Positions 17,416 to 27,014 of a stretch of DNA of 64,000 bases are shown here, piece by piece. Each line of letters starts with the position of its first letter. The first letter of the stretch is position 1. Origin of the DNA: Pirellulales bacterium (lineage in GTDB: Bacteria; Planctomycetota; Planctomycetia; Pirellulales; UBA1268); the NCBI GenBank assembly GCA_044236455.1, contig JBIIGJ010000005.1, forward strand, positions 2,027 through 66,026, given 5' to 3'. The notes below the pieces were generated by a model, which saw only the letters and a program-made list of their open reading frames with translations, was not told where the DNA came from and did no database searches. The translations under genes and the position numbers were made by a program.

Positions 17416-18180
17416 ATGATGGCATCCGATGCAGACAAACATTCGCGCGACGACTGGCCTCCGGGCCGCGTGCTTGTCGTTTCGGCCACCTACAACGAGC
17501 ATGAGAACGTCGCGGCGCTGATCGAGCAGGTCCTGGCACAGTCCGACGAACTGCAGTTGCTTCTCGTCGACGACGACTCGCCCGACGGCACCGCGGCGAT
17601 CGCGCTTGCACGGGCGCAGACGAACCCGCGACTGCATGTGCTCGTGCGCCGCGGGCGGCGCGGATTGGGCAGCGCCATCCTCGAGGGCTTCGAACTCGGT
17701 CGGCGGCATGGATTCGAGGTGGCCGTCAACATGGACGCCGACTTCAGCCACGACCCCGCCGACATCCCGCGGCTGCTGGCAGCGCTCGAGCCGGCAGGAG
17801 GCAGGCCGGCCGACGTGGTGGTGGGCTCCCGGCGGGTGCCGGGAGGACGAACGGTGGGCTGGCCGCTCTCACGGCACGTGGCCAGCCGGCTCGTCGGCTG
17901 GTTTACACGCTGGGTGCTGTGGGTTCCGGTCCGCGATGCGTCGAGCGGGTATCGGTCGGTCCGGCTGGCAATCTTCGACCGTGTGTCCGGGCCATTCGCG
18001 CAGGGCTATGCGTTCCAGGAGGATCTGCTCTGGCGGGTGCATCGGGCTGGCGGCCGGCTTGCGGAGGTGCCCATCACGTTCACCGACCGGCAGCGCGGCT
18101 CCAGCAAGGCGGACTTCGCCGAGAGCCGTCGGAGCATCGGTGAACTGCTGCAACTTGCCCGGCAGACATGGCTGGGGTGA
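17416..18180 (+). CDS. polyprenyl-phosphate mannose synthase (DPM1-like GT2)
   Basis: VVSATYNEHENV, LLLVDDDSPDGT, the DAD motif (NMDADFSHDP) and a SGYR region. Starts 11 nt after the upstream ATPase stop. Confidence 0.8.
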   Translation: MMASDADKHSRDDWPPGRVLVVSATYNEHENVAALIEQVLAQSDELQLLLVDDDSPDGTAAIALARAQTNPRLHVLVRRGRRGLGSAILEGFELGRRHGFEVAVNMDADFSHDPADIPRLLAALEPAGGRPADVVVGSRRVPGGRTVGWPLSRHVASRLVGWFTRWVLWVPVRDASSGYRSVRLAIFDRVSGPFAQGYAFQEDLLWRVHRAGGRLAEVPITFTDRQRGSSKADFAESRRSIGELLQLARQTWLG

Positions 18181-18204
18181 GCCGATCGACGCGATTGGCC
18201 GACC

Positions 18205-20106
18205 TCACTTGCCTTGGATGCCGAGCGGATCGAACGACTTGCTCGTGGGGGCCGGCGTCGAAGGGGATGGTCCGAGCGTGGATTGCCCAGGCACCGCCAG
18301 CCCCTGCTGCGGCTGTTTTTCCGGTTGGATAACCGTGTTTGGAGCAGCCCGCTCGCCGAGGGCGACGGCGAGGCCCTCCCGGGCATCCTTCAGATTGGGA
18401 TTGATCTCCAACGCCTTGCGAAACTGCCGGATCGCTTCCTCCTTGTTGCCCTGTCGATAGAGCGCGACGGCGTGGTTGTTGAGCAGGGCCGGATTGTTCG
18501 GCTCCTTCTCCAGCATCACGCCAAATTTACTGGCCGCCTCTGCAAAGCGGCCGGCCTGGAAGAGCGCGTTGGCGAGATTCACCTGCATCGCCGCCACGTG
18601 TGGCGTCAGCCGGCAGGCCTCGGCAAACTCCTTGATGGCCTCGTCGAGACGGCCCTTGGCGCAGAGGGCCGAGCCGAGGTTGTTGTGCGTTTCGCCGAGG
18701 TCGGGCCGGAGTTTGGTGGATTGGGTGAAGTGGTAGTAGCCGCCCTCGATGTCGCCGCGGGAGAATTTCTTGGCACCCAGCCGGTTGTGCGCCTGCCAGG
18801 CGTCGTGGTTGGTCTTGAGGGTGTGCGTCCAGAGGGCGTCTTCGCCGCCCCAGGCATTCGCATAGCGAAATGCGAGCAGTCCGCAGGTAGCCAGCGCGAT
18901 GGCCCCGCCGGCGAGAATCAGCGCCTGGGCCGACGCCGTCGACCGGTCGTACCACCGTGTCGCCGCGGCGCCGATGAGGGCGATCACGCCGATCATCGGC
19001 AGGTAGATGAAGTGGTCGGCCACCCACGTGATCCGCATGTAAGAGATGGTGACGAAACCGAGCACCGGCAGCACCATCAGCAGGAAGAAGCCGAGGCCGA
19101 AGGCGGCGTGCCGGCCCCAGCCCGGACGGTCGGCCGTGCCGCGGTTGGCCCAGATCCACGCGGCCGCGCCGGCGATCACGGGCCACGCCAGAAACTGCCA
19201 GACCTTGGGCGGATCAACCTCCCACCGCGGGTAGATCGGCAGCAGGCTCACCGGCCAGACAATCTGCTTGAGGTAGAAGAGGATCGCCATGCCTGCGGTG
19301 GCGATCCGCGAGGCCACGCCACCGACGAGGATCTTTTCCGCGCCGATGGCGCGGCCGTGCTGATACTGGATCGTGATGATGCCGAGCACCAGCGAGATCA
19401 GGAAGAAGGGGGCTGCCCGGATGACGTCCTGCAGCGTGACCGTGCCGCGTTTCCACCAGGCGTGCAGCAGCAGGAGCACCGGCAGTCCCACCATCGACGT
19501 CTTCGCCAGCATCGCCAGCAGGAAGAACACGATCGAGAGCACGTAGAATCGCGTTCGACGCGGGCCTTCTTGTTCATCGTCCTGCACGACCCAGCAGAGG
19601 CAGGAGAGCAGAAACAGCGGCAGCGAGAGCGTGTTCTTGGTTTCCGACACCCAGGCCACCGACTCCACGGCGACGGGATGGATCGCGAAGATCAAGCCAC
19701 TCAGCCACGCCCCAGGAATCCGCATGCGGTGAAGCAGGGCCCAGACCAGCAGGCTGCCAATCACATGCAGCACGATGGTGGTGACGTGGTAGCCGGTGGG
19801 CTGGGCGCCGAAGAAGGGCCACTGCGCCCAGAGTGCGGTGTAGGAGAGCGGGAAGAAGTCGGCGCCGTCGGGGTTGAACCAGAGCTTGGCGAGCCCTTGC
19901 AGCGATCCTGACTGCACGGTTGGGTTGGCCGTGAGCAACTGGTCGTCGTCCCAGAGCCAGTCGCCGTGGTAGGCGGGTGAATAGATCCACAGGCCTGCGA
20001 GCACGATGATCGCCGTCTTGAACAGGAAGTCGCGCCAGCGGTTGGCCTCCGTCCCACGGCCGAGTGTTTCGACGGAAGCGGGCGCGGGAGTGATGGAGCG
20101 TGCCAT
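18205..20106 (-). CDS. polytopic membrane protein with C-terminal TPR repeats (TMTC/PMT-like putative glycosyltransferase)
   Basis: The start is taken at MARSITP (20106). First-loop acidic motif HGDWLWDDDQLLTANP, many TM segments, then at least five TPR-like repeats. Confidence 0.65.
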   Translation of the reverse strand: MARSITPAPASVETLGRGTEANRWRDFLFKTAIIVLAGLWIYSPAYHGDWLWDDDQLLTANPTVQSGSLQGLAKLWFNPDGADFFPLSYTALWAQWPFFGAQPTGYHVTTIVLHVIGSLLVWALLHRMRIPGAWLSGLIFAIHPVAVESVAWVSETKNTLSLPLFLLSCLCWVVQDDEQEGPRRTRFYVLSIVFFLLAMLAKTSMVGLPVLLLLHAWWKRGTVTLQDVIRAAPFFLISLVLGIITIQYQHGRAIGAEKILVGGVASRIATAGMAILFYLKQIVWPVSLLPIYPRWEVDPPKVWQFLAWPVIAGAAAWIWANRGTADRPGWGRHAAFGLGFFLLMVLPVLGFVTISYMRITWVADHFIYLPMIGVIALIGAAATRWYDRSTASAQALILAGGAIALATCGLLAFRYANAWGGEDALWTHTLKTNHDAWQAHNRLGAKKFSRGDIEGGYYHFTQSTKLRPDLGETHNNLGSALCAKGRLDEAIKEFAEACRLTPHVAAMQVNLANALFQAGRFAEAASKFGVMLEKEPNNPALLNNHAVALYRQGNKEEAIRQFRKALEINPNLKDAREGLAVALGERAAPNTVIQPEKQPQQGLAVPGQSTLGPSPSTPAPTSKSFDPLGIQGK

Positions 20107-20111
20107 GCCGC

Positions 20112-21689
20112 CTAGTATCGTTCTTTTTCCGAATTGGGCCAGCCGACACGGCCAGCTTTTTCGAGGAGACTTCTGAGGCCTGCCGCCATCTGCGGCCCCA
20201 TCGCCAGTGCCTTGACGCGGGCTTCGGGATCGGAGAGCCGAGGGTCGATCTCCAACGCCTTGGCCAGCGCGGTGGCGGCGTCGGTCGTGCGGCCCTCGGC
20301 CTCGAGGATGAGGGCGAGGGTGGCCCAGGCATCCCCTTGCTGCCCGTCCGAGAGCCGGATCGCGTCGCGTGTGAATTGTTCGGCTTCGGAGAAACGGCCG
20401 GCTTCGTAGAGCGCTTCGCCAAGGCCCGCGGCGCTTGTGAACGAGCCTGGGTTTTTGCGATAGGAATCGTCCCACAGGGCAAGCGAATTGGCCCATACCG
20501 TTTGGCGGTCGATGCAGGCCATCCCGAGGACTGCGACCGCCGCCATGCAGCCGGCGAGAATCCGTTGGCGGAGATGTTCCCGCCCGGCGAGCCAGGGGGC
20601 ATCGAGCAGGCAGGCCACGACGAGCGACACGCCCGCCATCGGCAGGTAGAGATAGCGGTCGGCGGCGGCCCGGTAGATCGGGATCAGGTTGGCCACGGGC
20701 ACCAGCGGCAGCAGGATCATTGCATACGCGAAGAGCAGGCGACGGTCATGTCGGGCCGCGATCGTGCCGGCGACGGCAATCGTGGCGAGCAGCACGAGGG
20801 CCAGGGGGAGCGGCAGATGGCCGACGGAAACAATCCCATAGTCAGCGCAGAGATTGATTGGAAAGAGAATGAGCTGGGCGTAGAGCGAGAGGATTCTGGG
20901 TTCGAGAAGCATGGCCTGGGCCAGGGAGCCGCCAGGGTATTGCGGTTTCGTCTCGAAGATCATCGACGGGCTGGGCTCGAGCAGAAATCGGGCGGCAAGG
21001 AAGGCGAGCACGATCAGCTTTGCCCCGCCGATGGCGACGGCCCAGAATCGGGCCGGCTCGCCGCGGCGGAAGAGCCACCAATAGGCCGCCAACAGCATCG
21101 GGGCGACGATCCCCGCCTCCTTGCTGGCGATGGCGAGCAGGCACAAGAGCGTGCAGGCGACTGCGCGTCGAATGTCGCTGCCGGGCGTGGCGGGGTCGTG
21201 TCGCATCGCGAGCACGAGAGCGGAGAGCGAAAACGCGACCACCAACAGATCCTCGCGGAAGGTCGGCTCGCAGACGGCCTCGGTGACGATCGGATGCAAG
21301 GCGAAGACGAGGGCAGCCAGCAGCGCGGGGAACAGCTTCTCCAGCCGGCCTTCGGCGCCGGTCATCTCTCGGATCGCCAGCCAGATGAGCAGCACGTTCG
21401 CCACGTGCAGGAGCACGCTGGCGAGGTGGTAGCCGAAAGGTTCCTTGCCCCAGACTGCCGCGTCGAGCATGAGCGAGGCCAGCATCGCCGGACGGTTGAA
21501 GTCGAGCACGTCCATTCCGAGCACGCGACCACTCAGCACGGCCGGCCAGTTGCGCCAGTCGTGGATGAAGTCGCCCGTGAGAATCTGCATCCGGGCGTCG
21601 TAGACGAAGTCCGCTGAAAGCGTGGCGGAGAAGGCGGCGAACGTGATGCCGGCGAGCAGGGCCGCCTGTTGCCAGGGCTTGGCGGCCAT
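20112..21689 (-). CDS. paralogous polytopic membrane protein with C-terminal TPR repeats
   Basis: Same architecture, with motif DFVYDARMQILTGDFI. Its stop lies 5 nt before the next start. Confidence 0.65.
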   Translation of the reverse strand: MAAKPWQQAALLAGITFAAFSATLSADFVYDARMQILTGDFIHDWRNWPAVLSGRVLGMDVLDFNRPAMLASLMLDAAVWGKEPFGYHLASVLLHVANVLLIWLAIREMTGAEGRLEKLFPALLAALVFALHPIVTEAVCEPTFREDLLVVAFSLSALVLAMRHDPATPGSDIRRAVACTLLCLLAIASKEAGIVAPMLLAAYWWLFRRGEPARFWAVAIGGAKLIVLAFLAARFLLEPSPSMIFETKPQYPGGSLAQAMLLEPRILSLYAQLILFPINLCADYGIVSVGHLPLPLALVLLATIAVAGTIAARHDRRLLFAYAMILLPLVPVANLIPIYRAAADRYLYLPMAGVSLVVACLLDAPWLAGREHLRQRILAGCMAAVAVLGMACIDRQTVWANSLALWDDSYRKNPGSFTSAAGLGEALYEAGRFSEAEQFTRDAIRLSDGQQGDAWATLALILEAEGRTTDAATALAKALEIDPRLSDPEARVKALAMGPQMAAGLRSLLEKAGRVGWPNSEKERY

Positions 21690-21692
21690 GGC

Positions 21693-23513
21693 TCAGTCCT
21701 TGTTCGCGACGGGGGCATCCAAGAGGATGCAGGCGAGGTCGCCGGCGGCGCTGCGGATCGGTGGTGCGGAGTAGCCCATCTCGACAAGTTTATCCTCGAT
21801 CTGCCGGCCCTTGTCGGGGAAGCCGTTCCGGTTGATGAAGATCGCCGCGAAGCCCCGTTCCTTGATCCGGGCCATGGCCTGTTCGAACGGCATCTGGCCG
21901 AGTTCCTTCTGCCACTGCTCACGCTGCCTGCCCTTCATCGCGCCGAACGAAAACCGCAGCTGGCGGCTGTAGAGATAGGGACGGAGGTGGTCGTAGGGAG
22001 GCACGCCTGGGACCGGTGCCTCGGGAAACTCCATGATCGGCAACTGAAACACCATCGCGTTCGGTGGCAGGGCCGCTTCCACTCGGGCAACGAATTCCCG
22101 ATCGGCCTCCACCTGGCGGGCTATCGTGGCCGTCTGCTGGCGTGTTGGGGCGCGCGGCACCTGGTCCCATAGGACAACGAGGCTGGCCGCAGCAGCCGCT
22201 GTCAGTATCCCGATCCGCAGTGTTTCGGGGTCGGTGCGAAACGCGGCAGCTCGCTGCAGCGCGGTGAGCCGCTGCGCGGCGTAGAGCAGTGCGATGGCAA
22301 GAATGACGATGCTGTAGCGGCAGCCGGTGCGGAAGAGGGTGAAGCCGAGGGCACCGAGAATCGAGTTCAGGCCACCGGTGGAGAAGCAGAGTACGATCCA
22401 GAGCACCTGCCAGGCCTCCAGGGGTATCGAGTTGGCCCGGTTTCGAACGACGGCTGAGATGGCCGTGGCGACAAGCAGGCCAAGGGCGGCGAGGCCGGCG
22501 ATTCCAAGGTAGGAGCCTTCGTCCTGCAGCGGTGCGGCTGCACGATGGGCCCTCGCAAAATCGGCGAAGAGATGGAAGTGATGGGTGGTCGGCGGTACCA
22601 CCAGATCGACCAGCTTGAGCCCGTAGATTTCGAGCCATTTGTATTCGCGGACGACGGCGCCCGTGTTCGGGCCGTGGACGGCCTTGAACGTCCAGGTGTC
22701 GAGATTCATGAGGGCGAATGCGGCGGCCGCGGCGCCAATGACGGCGAAGGCTGTCTTGAGCGGCCTACGGTCTCCGGTGTGCAGCGAAAGGAAGCAGGCC
22801 CCCAGGAGGGTGAGCTGGCAGAGGATGTTGGTGTAGTAGACGTTTTGAAGGCCGGTGAGGAAGGCGATGCCGAGGGCCCAATAGAAACGGGGTGTGTGGA
22901 AGGTGAGGCCGGTGTCGGTGGAGACCCATTTCCAGACGAGCAGGAAGAGCGGGATGTGCCAGGCGTACGCGACGGTGATGTGGTGGGGAGATTGGGCGAA
23001 GATGGAGGGGGCGAGTCCGTAGGCGAGGGCGGCGACGAAGGCCCAGGGCCCTGAGCAATCGAGTGATCGGGCGACGAGGAACATCGTGGCGGCGGCAAGC
23101 AGGTGGCCGATCAGCAAGGAAAGGTTGAGCCCGGCGAAGAGGCCGAAGGTTTTGCCAAGAAGACCGAAAAAAAGTCCGGGGAGTTCTTCGATCGATGGCC
23201 AGTCGGTCCAGTTGCCATCGAAGGGAGCGCCGAGTTCGGGGACGGTTTTCCAGAAGAGCGGCCAGTTGTGGCCGTCGGCGGTGGCCTTCATGCCGGCGAG
23301 GGTCCAGGTTGTATCGCTATAGAAGCCGTCGAGATATTGGGTGGGGGTGTTCCAATCGGCGGCGGACCAACGGCCGGTACCTGTGCACCAGGCGAGGGCG
23401 ACCAGAGCAAGGAGGGCGGCTGTCCAGCCGAGCATGGCGACGCGTGTGGTCTGCCGAGCCATGGGGGCTTCTTTGTTTGCAGCGAGAGAGTTGCGGACTG
23501 TGTTGAGAGTCAT
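21693..23513 (-). CDS. large polytopic membrane protein with a soluble C-terminal domain; function unknown
   Basis: About 12 hydrophobic segments, then a ~170-aa hydrophilic C-terminus. There is a 3-nt gap to the downstream gene. An alternative start is at 23462 (MARQTTR). Confidence 0.5.
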   Translation of the reverse strand: MTLNTVRNSLAANKEAPMARQTTRVAMLGWTAALLALVALAWCTGTGRWSAADWNTPTQYLDGFYSDTTWTLAGMKATADGHNWPLFWKTVPELGAPFDGNWTDWPSIEELPGLFFGLLGKTFGLFAGLNLSLLIGHLLAAATMFLVARSLDCSGPWAFVAALAYGLAPSIFAQSPHHITVAYAWHIPLFLLVWKWVSTDTGLTFHTPRFYWALGIAFLTGLQNVYYTNILCQLTLLGACFLSLHTGDRRPLKTAFAVIGAAAAAFALMNLDTWTFKAVHGPNTGAVVREYKWLEIYGLKLVDLVVPPTTHHFHLFADFARAHRAAAPLQDEGSYLGIAGLAALGLLVATAISAVVRNRANSIPLEAWQVLWIVLCFSTGGLNSILGALGFTLFRTGCRYSIVILAIALLYAAQRLTALQRAAAFRTDPETLRIGILTAAAAASLVVLWDQVPRAPTRQQTATIARQVEADREFVARVEAALPPNAMVFQLPIMEFPEAPVPGVPPYDHLRPYLYSRQLRFSFGAMKGRQREQWQKELGQMPFEQAMARIKERGFAAIFINRNGFPDKGRQIEDKLVEMGYSAPPIRSAAGDLACILLDAPVANKD

Positions 23514-23655
23514 GTGCCTGTCGGCGTGTCAACCGCCCACTCACGCCGCGGTCGGCGTGATAGCATAGCATGAGCGTTTATCCACCGGGCTCGCGCACGT
23601 CGATTGCAGCGCAGGCCATGCCAGCCACGAGTCGCACGCGATACAGTTCCTCCGT

Positions 23656-24822
23656 ATGCCACCCCACAAGCCCACCATCGCCATCCTTACCAGCGGCGGC
23701 GATTGCCCCGGCCTCAATGCCGTCATCCGCGCGGCCGTCAAAAGTTCGGAGCGGCTCGGCTACGACTGCATCGGCATTCTCCGCGGCTACGAGGGACTGG
23801 TCGACCCCGTCAGCTACATGCCGCTCAACTCGCGGAACACCGCCGGCATCCTCACCCAGGGCGGTACCATCCTCGGTTCGACCAACAAGGGGCGGTTTTC
23901 CGCCACCGTCGGCGAGGACCAGCGTGTCGACCTCGATCCCGCGCTGCTCGCCGAGGTGGCCACCACCGTCCGCCAACTCTCAATCTGCGGGCTGATCTGC
24001 GTGGGCGGTGACGGCTCGCTCACCATCGCCCAGCAACTCCATGAACACGGCATCCCCGTGGTCGGCGTGCCCAAGACGATCGACAACGACCTCGGTGCCA
24101 CCGCCTTCACGTTTGGCTTCGACTCGGCGGTGGCCTGCGCCACCGACGCACTCGACCGGCTCCACACCACCGCCGCCAGCCACGAGCGGATCATGGTGCT
24201 CGAGGTGATGGGGAGGCACGCCGGCTGGATCGCCCTCCACGCGGGGATTGCCGGTGGCGGTGACGTGATTCTCCTGCCGGAGATTCCCTGGACGTTCGAC
24301 AACGTCTGCCGCAAGGTTCGCGAGCGCGAGTCCGAAGGCAAGAAGTTCACGCTCATCGTCGTGGCCGAAGGGGCCCACCTGCCCGAGGTTGGAACGGTGC
24401 ACCAGACGGATGCGAACGCCGAGGCCGCCGGGTATCACCAACAGGTCAAGCTCGGCGGCATCGGGGCGATCGTGACGGCCGAGGTGGGCAGACGGCTCGA
24501 CCGCGAGGTGCGGAACGTCGTGCTCGGCCACCTGCAGCGCGGCGGCAACCCGACCACGTTCGATCGTGTGCTGGCCACGGAGTTTGGCGCCCACGCGGTC
24601 CGCCTCATCCATGAGGGGCGGTTTGGCGAGATGGTCTGCTACCGGCCGCCCAACATCGAGAGCGTGCCGATTGCCGCCGCGATCCGTACGCTGTCGCGGG
24701 TCGATCCCGCCAGTTCGGCGGTGCAGGCGGCCCGGGCCCTTGGCATCAGCTTCGGCGACGCGGCCGAGCGGGCGAGTCCGTTCTCAGGCCGCTGCCTCGA
24801 CGAGGCTGCAGCCCGAGGCTGA
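23656..24822 (+). CDS. pfk: 6-phosphofructokinase (phosphoryl donor ambiguous)
   Basis: IAILTSGGDCPGLNAVIR, VGGDGSL, PKTIDNDL, MGRHAGW. Confidence 0.88.
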   Translation: MPPHKPTIAILTSGGDCPGLNAVIRAAVKSSERLGYDCIGILRGYEGLVDPVSYMPLNSRNTAGILTQGGTILGSTNKGRFSATVGEDQRVDLDPALLAEVATTVRQLSICGLICVGGDGSLTIAQQLHEHGIPVVGVPKTIDNDLGATAFTFGFDSAVACATDALDRLHTTAASHERIMVLEVMGRHAGWIALHAGIAGGGDVILLPEIPWTFDNVCRKVRERESEGKKFTLIVVAEGAHLPEVGTVHQTDANAEAAGYHQQVKLGGIGAIVTAEVGRRLDREVRNVVLGHLQRGGNPTTFDRVLATEFGAHAVRLIHEGRFGEMVCYRPPNIESVPIAAAIRTLSRVDPASSAVQAARALGISFGDAAERASPFSGRCLDEAAARG

Positions 24823-24918
24823 AACGCCCCATTGCCCGACGGGCCCGCGGATGTTCTTCTTGAGGGCTGCGAGCCAAACTTTTTTTGTCCGTGTGCCCGA
24901 ATCGCAGGGGAGCATTTT

Positions 24919-26889
24919 ATGACCGAGCCACAAAAGGCTGCCGGCAGGGTCGCTAGCGTCATGCAGGAGAGCCGGGTGTTTCCGCCGTCGGCGCAGTTTT
25001 CCTCCCGCGCCCGGATCGGTTCGCTCGCGGACTACCAGCGGATCTACGACGAGGCGGCCCGCGACCCCGAAGGCTTCTGGCACGCCCGCGCCCAACTGCT
25101 CCCATGGATGAAGCCCTATTCGAAGGTTCTCGACTGGCAGCCACCGACGGCAAAGTGGTTTGTGGACGGCCACACGAATGCCTCGGTCGCCTGCCTCGAT
25201 GCGCATGTTGCCGCCGGCAGGGGTGAGAAGACAGCCATGGTGTGGGTGGGCGAGCCAACGGGCGAACGCCGCACCTACACCTACCGTGAACTGCTCGCGG
25301 AGGTCTGCCGGTGTGCGGCCGGCCTCAAGAACCTCGGGATCAAGGCTGGCGACGTCGTCTCGATCTACATGCCGATGACGCCCGAACTCGTGATCGCCAT
25401 GCTCGCCTGCGCCCGGATCGGCGCCGTGCATTCCGTGATCTTCGGCGGGTTTTCCAGCGAGGCGATCGCCGACCGCAACGAGGATGCCAAGGCCGTGGCC
25501 GTGATCACCGCCGACGGCGGCTGGCGGCGGGGCTCGCAGTTGCCCCTCAAGAAAAATGTCGACGAGGCACTCAAGAAATCGCCGACCGTGAAGCACGTGA
25601 TCGTGCTCAAGCGGACCGGCCAGCCGGTCGAGATGGTGCCGGGCCGCGACGTCTGGTGGCATGACCTCGTGGCCGGCATGCCCACAGACACGCCCCCCGC
25701 CGCGATGGATTCGGAGTCGCCGCTCTTCATCCTCTACACCAGCGGTTCGACCGGAAAGCCGAAGGGCATCAAGCACACGACCGCCGGCTATCTGCTCTGG
25801 GCGAAGACGACGTCCGAGTGGGTGTTTGACCTGCGCGACGACGACCTCTTCTGGTGCACCGCCGACTGCGGCTGGATCACGGGCCACAGCTACGTGACCT
25901 ACGGCCCCCTGGCCGCGGGCGCCAGCATCCTGATCTACGAGGGGGCCCCGAACGCCCCGCACGAGGGCCGCTTCTGGGAGATTATCGAGCAGGAGAAGCC
26001 GACGATCTTCTACACCGCCCCGACCGCGATCCGCTCTTTCATGAAGTGGGGCATGCAGCACATCGAGGGCCGCGATCTCTCGAGCCTGAGGCTGCTCGGC
26101 ACCGTGGGCGAGGGCATCAATCCCGAGGCCTGGATGTGGTACCACGAGGTGATCGGCGGCAAACGTTGCCCGATCGTCGACACATGGTGGCAGACCGAGA
26201 CGGGCGGCATCATGATGAGCCCGTTGCCCGGCTGCACGCCGACGAAGCCCGGCAGTTGCACGCTGCCGCTCCCTGGCGTCTGCCCCGAGATCGTCGATGC
26301 TGCCGGCGACCCGGTCGAGCAGGGCGAGGGGGGCTGGCTCGTGATGACCAAGCCGTGGCCCGGCATGCTCCGCGGCATCTGGGGAGACGACGAGCGGTTT
26401 CGCGAGACCTACTGGTCACGCGTGCCGGGGAAGTATCTGGCCGGCGACAACGCCCGGCAGGATGCCGATGGCTACTACTGGATCATGGGGCGGATCGACG
26501 ACGTGCTCAACGTCGCCGGCCACCGGCTCTCCACGATCGAGATTGAAAGCGCCCTGGTGAGCCACCCGCTGGTGGCCGAGGCGGCGGCCGTGGGCCGTCC
26601 GCACGACGTCAAGGGGGAGGCCGTGGCGGTGTTCGTGACGCTCAAGGGCGGTGAGCCGGACGACGTGAACGCGCTCAAAGACGCGCTGCGAAAACACGTC
26701 CGCCAGCAGATCGGCGCCCTGGCTGCTCCCGACGACATCCACTTCTCGGCGACGCTGCCGAAGACCCGCAGCGGCAAGATCATGCGGCGGCTGCTGCGTG
26801 ACATCGCCGCGGGCAAGGAGACGGTCGGCGACACGACGACGCTCGAGGACTACACGGTGCTCGCCAAGCTCCGCGGCAACGACGAGTGA
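24919..26889 (+). CDS. acs: acetyl-CoA synthetase
   Basis: [19 protein letters not shown] and the C-terminal [18 protein letters not shown] lies upstream of the ATG at 24919. Confidence 0.9.
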   Translation: MTEPQKAAGRVASVMQESRVFPPSAQFSSRARIGSLADYQRIYDEAARDPEGFWHARAQLLPWMKPYSKVLDWQPPTAKWFVDGHTNASVACLDAHVAAGRGEKTAMVWVGEPTGERRTYTYRELLAEVCRCAAGLKNLGIKAGDVVSIYMPMTPELVIAMLACARIGAVHSVIFGGFSSEAIADRNEDAKAVAVITADGGWRRGSQLPLKKNVDEALKKSPTVKHVIVLKRTGQPVEMVPGRDVWWHDLVAGMPTDTPPAAMDSESPLFILYTSGSTGKPKGIKHTTAGYLLWAKTTSEWVFDLRDDDLFWCTADCGWITGHSYVTYGPLAAGASILIYEGAPNAPHEGRFWEIIEQEKPTIFYTAPTAIRSFMKWGMQHIEGRDLSSLRLLGTVGEGINPEAWMWYHEVIGGKRCPIVDTWWQTETGGIMMSPLPGCTPTKPGSCTLPLPGVCPEIVDAAGDPVEQGEGGWLVMTKPWPGMLRGIWGDDERFRETYWSRVPGKYLAGDNARQDADGYYWIMGRIDDVLNVAGHRLSTIEIESALVSHPLVAEAAAVGRPHDVKGEAVAVFVTLKGGEPDDVNALKDALRKHVRQQIGALAAPDDIHFSATLPKTRSGKIMRRLLRDIAAGKETVGDTTTLEDYTVLAKLRGNDE

Positions 26890-26989
26890 TTTCGGTTGAT
26901 TCTGAAATGCGCACGTTTTGACTCGTGGGTGCGAGTTTTCAACTTGCACATGCATTGGACATGATGAAATCCCGTCCCCACGGGAGGGC

Positions 26990-27012
26990 GGAAACCGTGG
27001 CGTATAATCCCT
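26990..27012 (+). promoter_or_regulatory. putative -10 promoter (TATAAT at 27003-27008), 6 nt before the U32 ATG; predicts a leaderless mRNA
   Basis: GGAAACCGTGGCGTATAATCCCT is followed by CC and then the ATG at 27015. No Shine-Dalgarno sequence. Confidence 0.4.
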
Positions 27013-27014
27013 CC

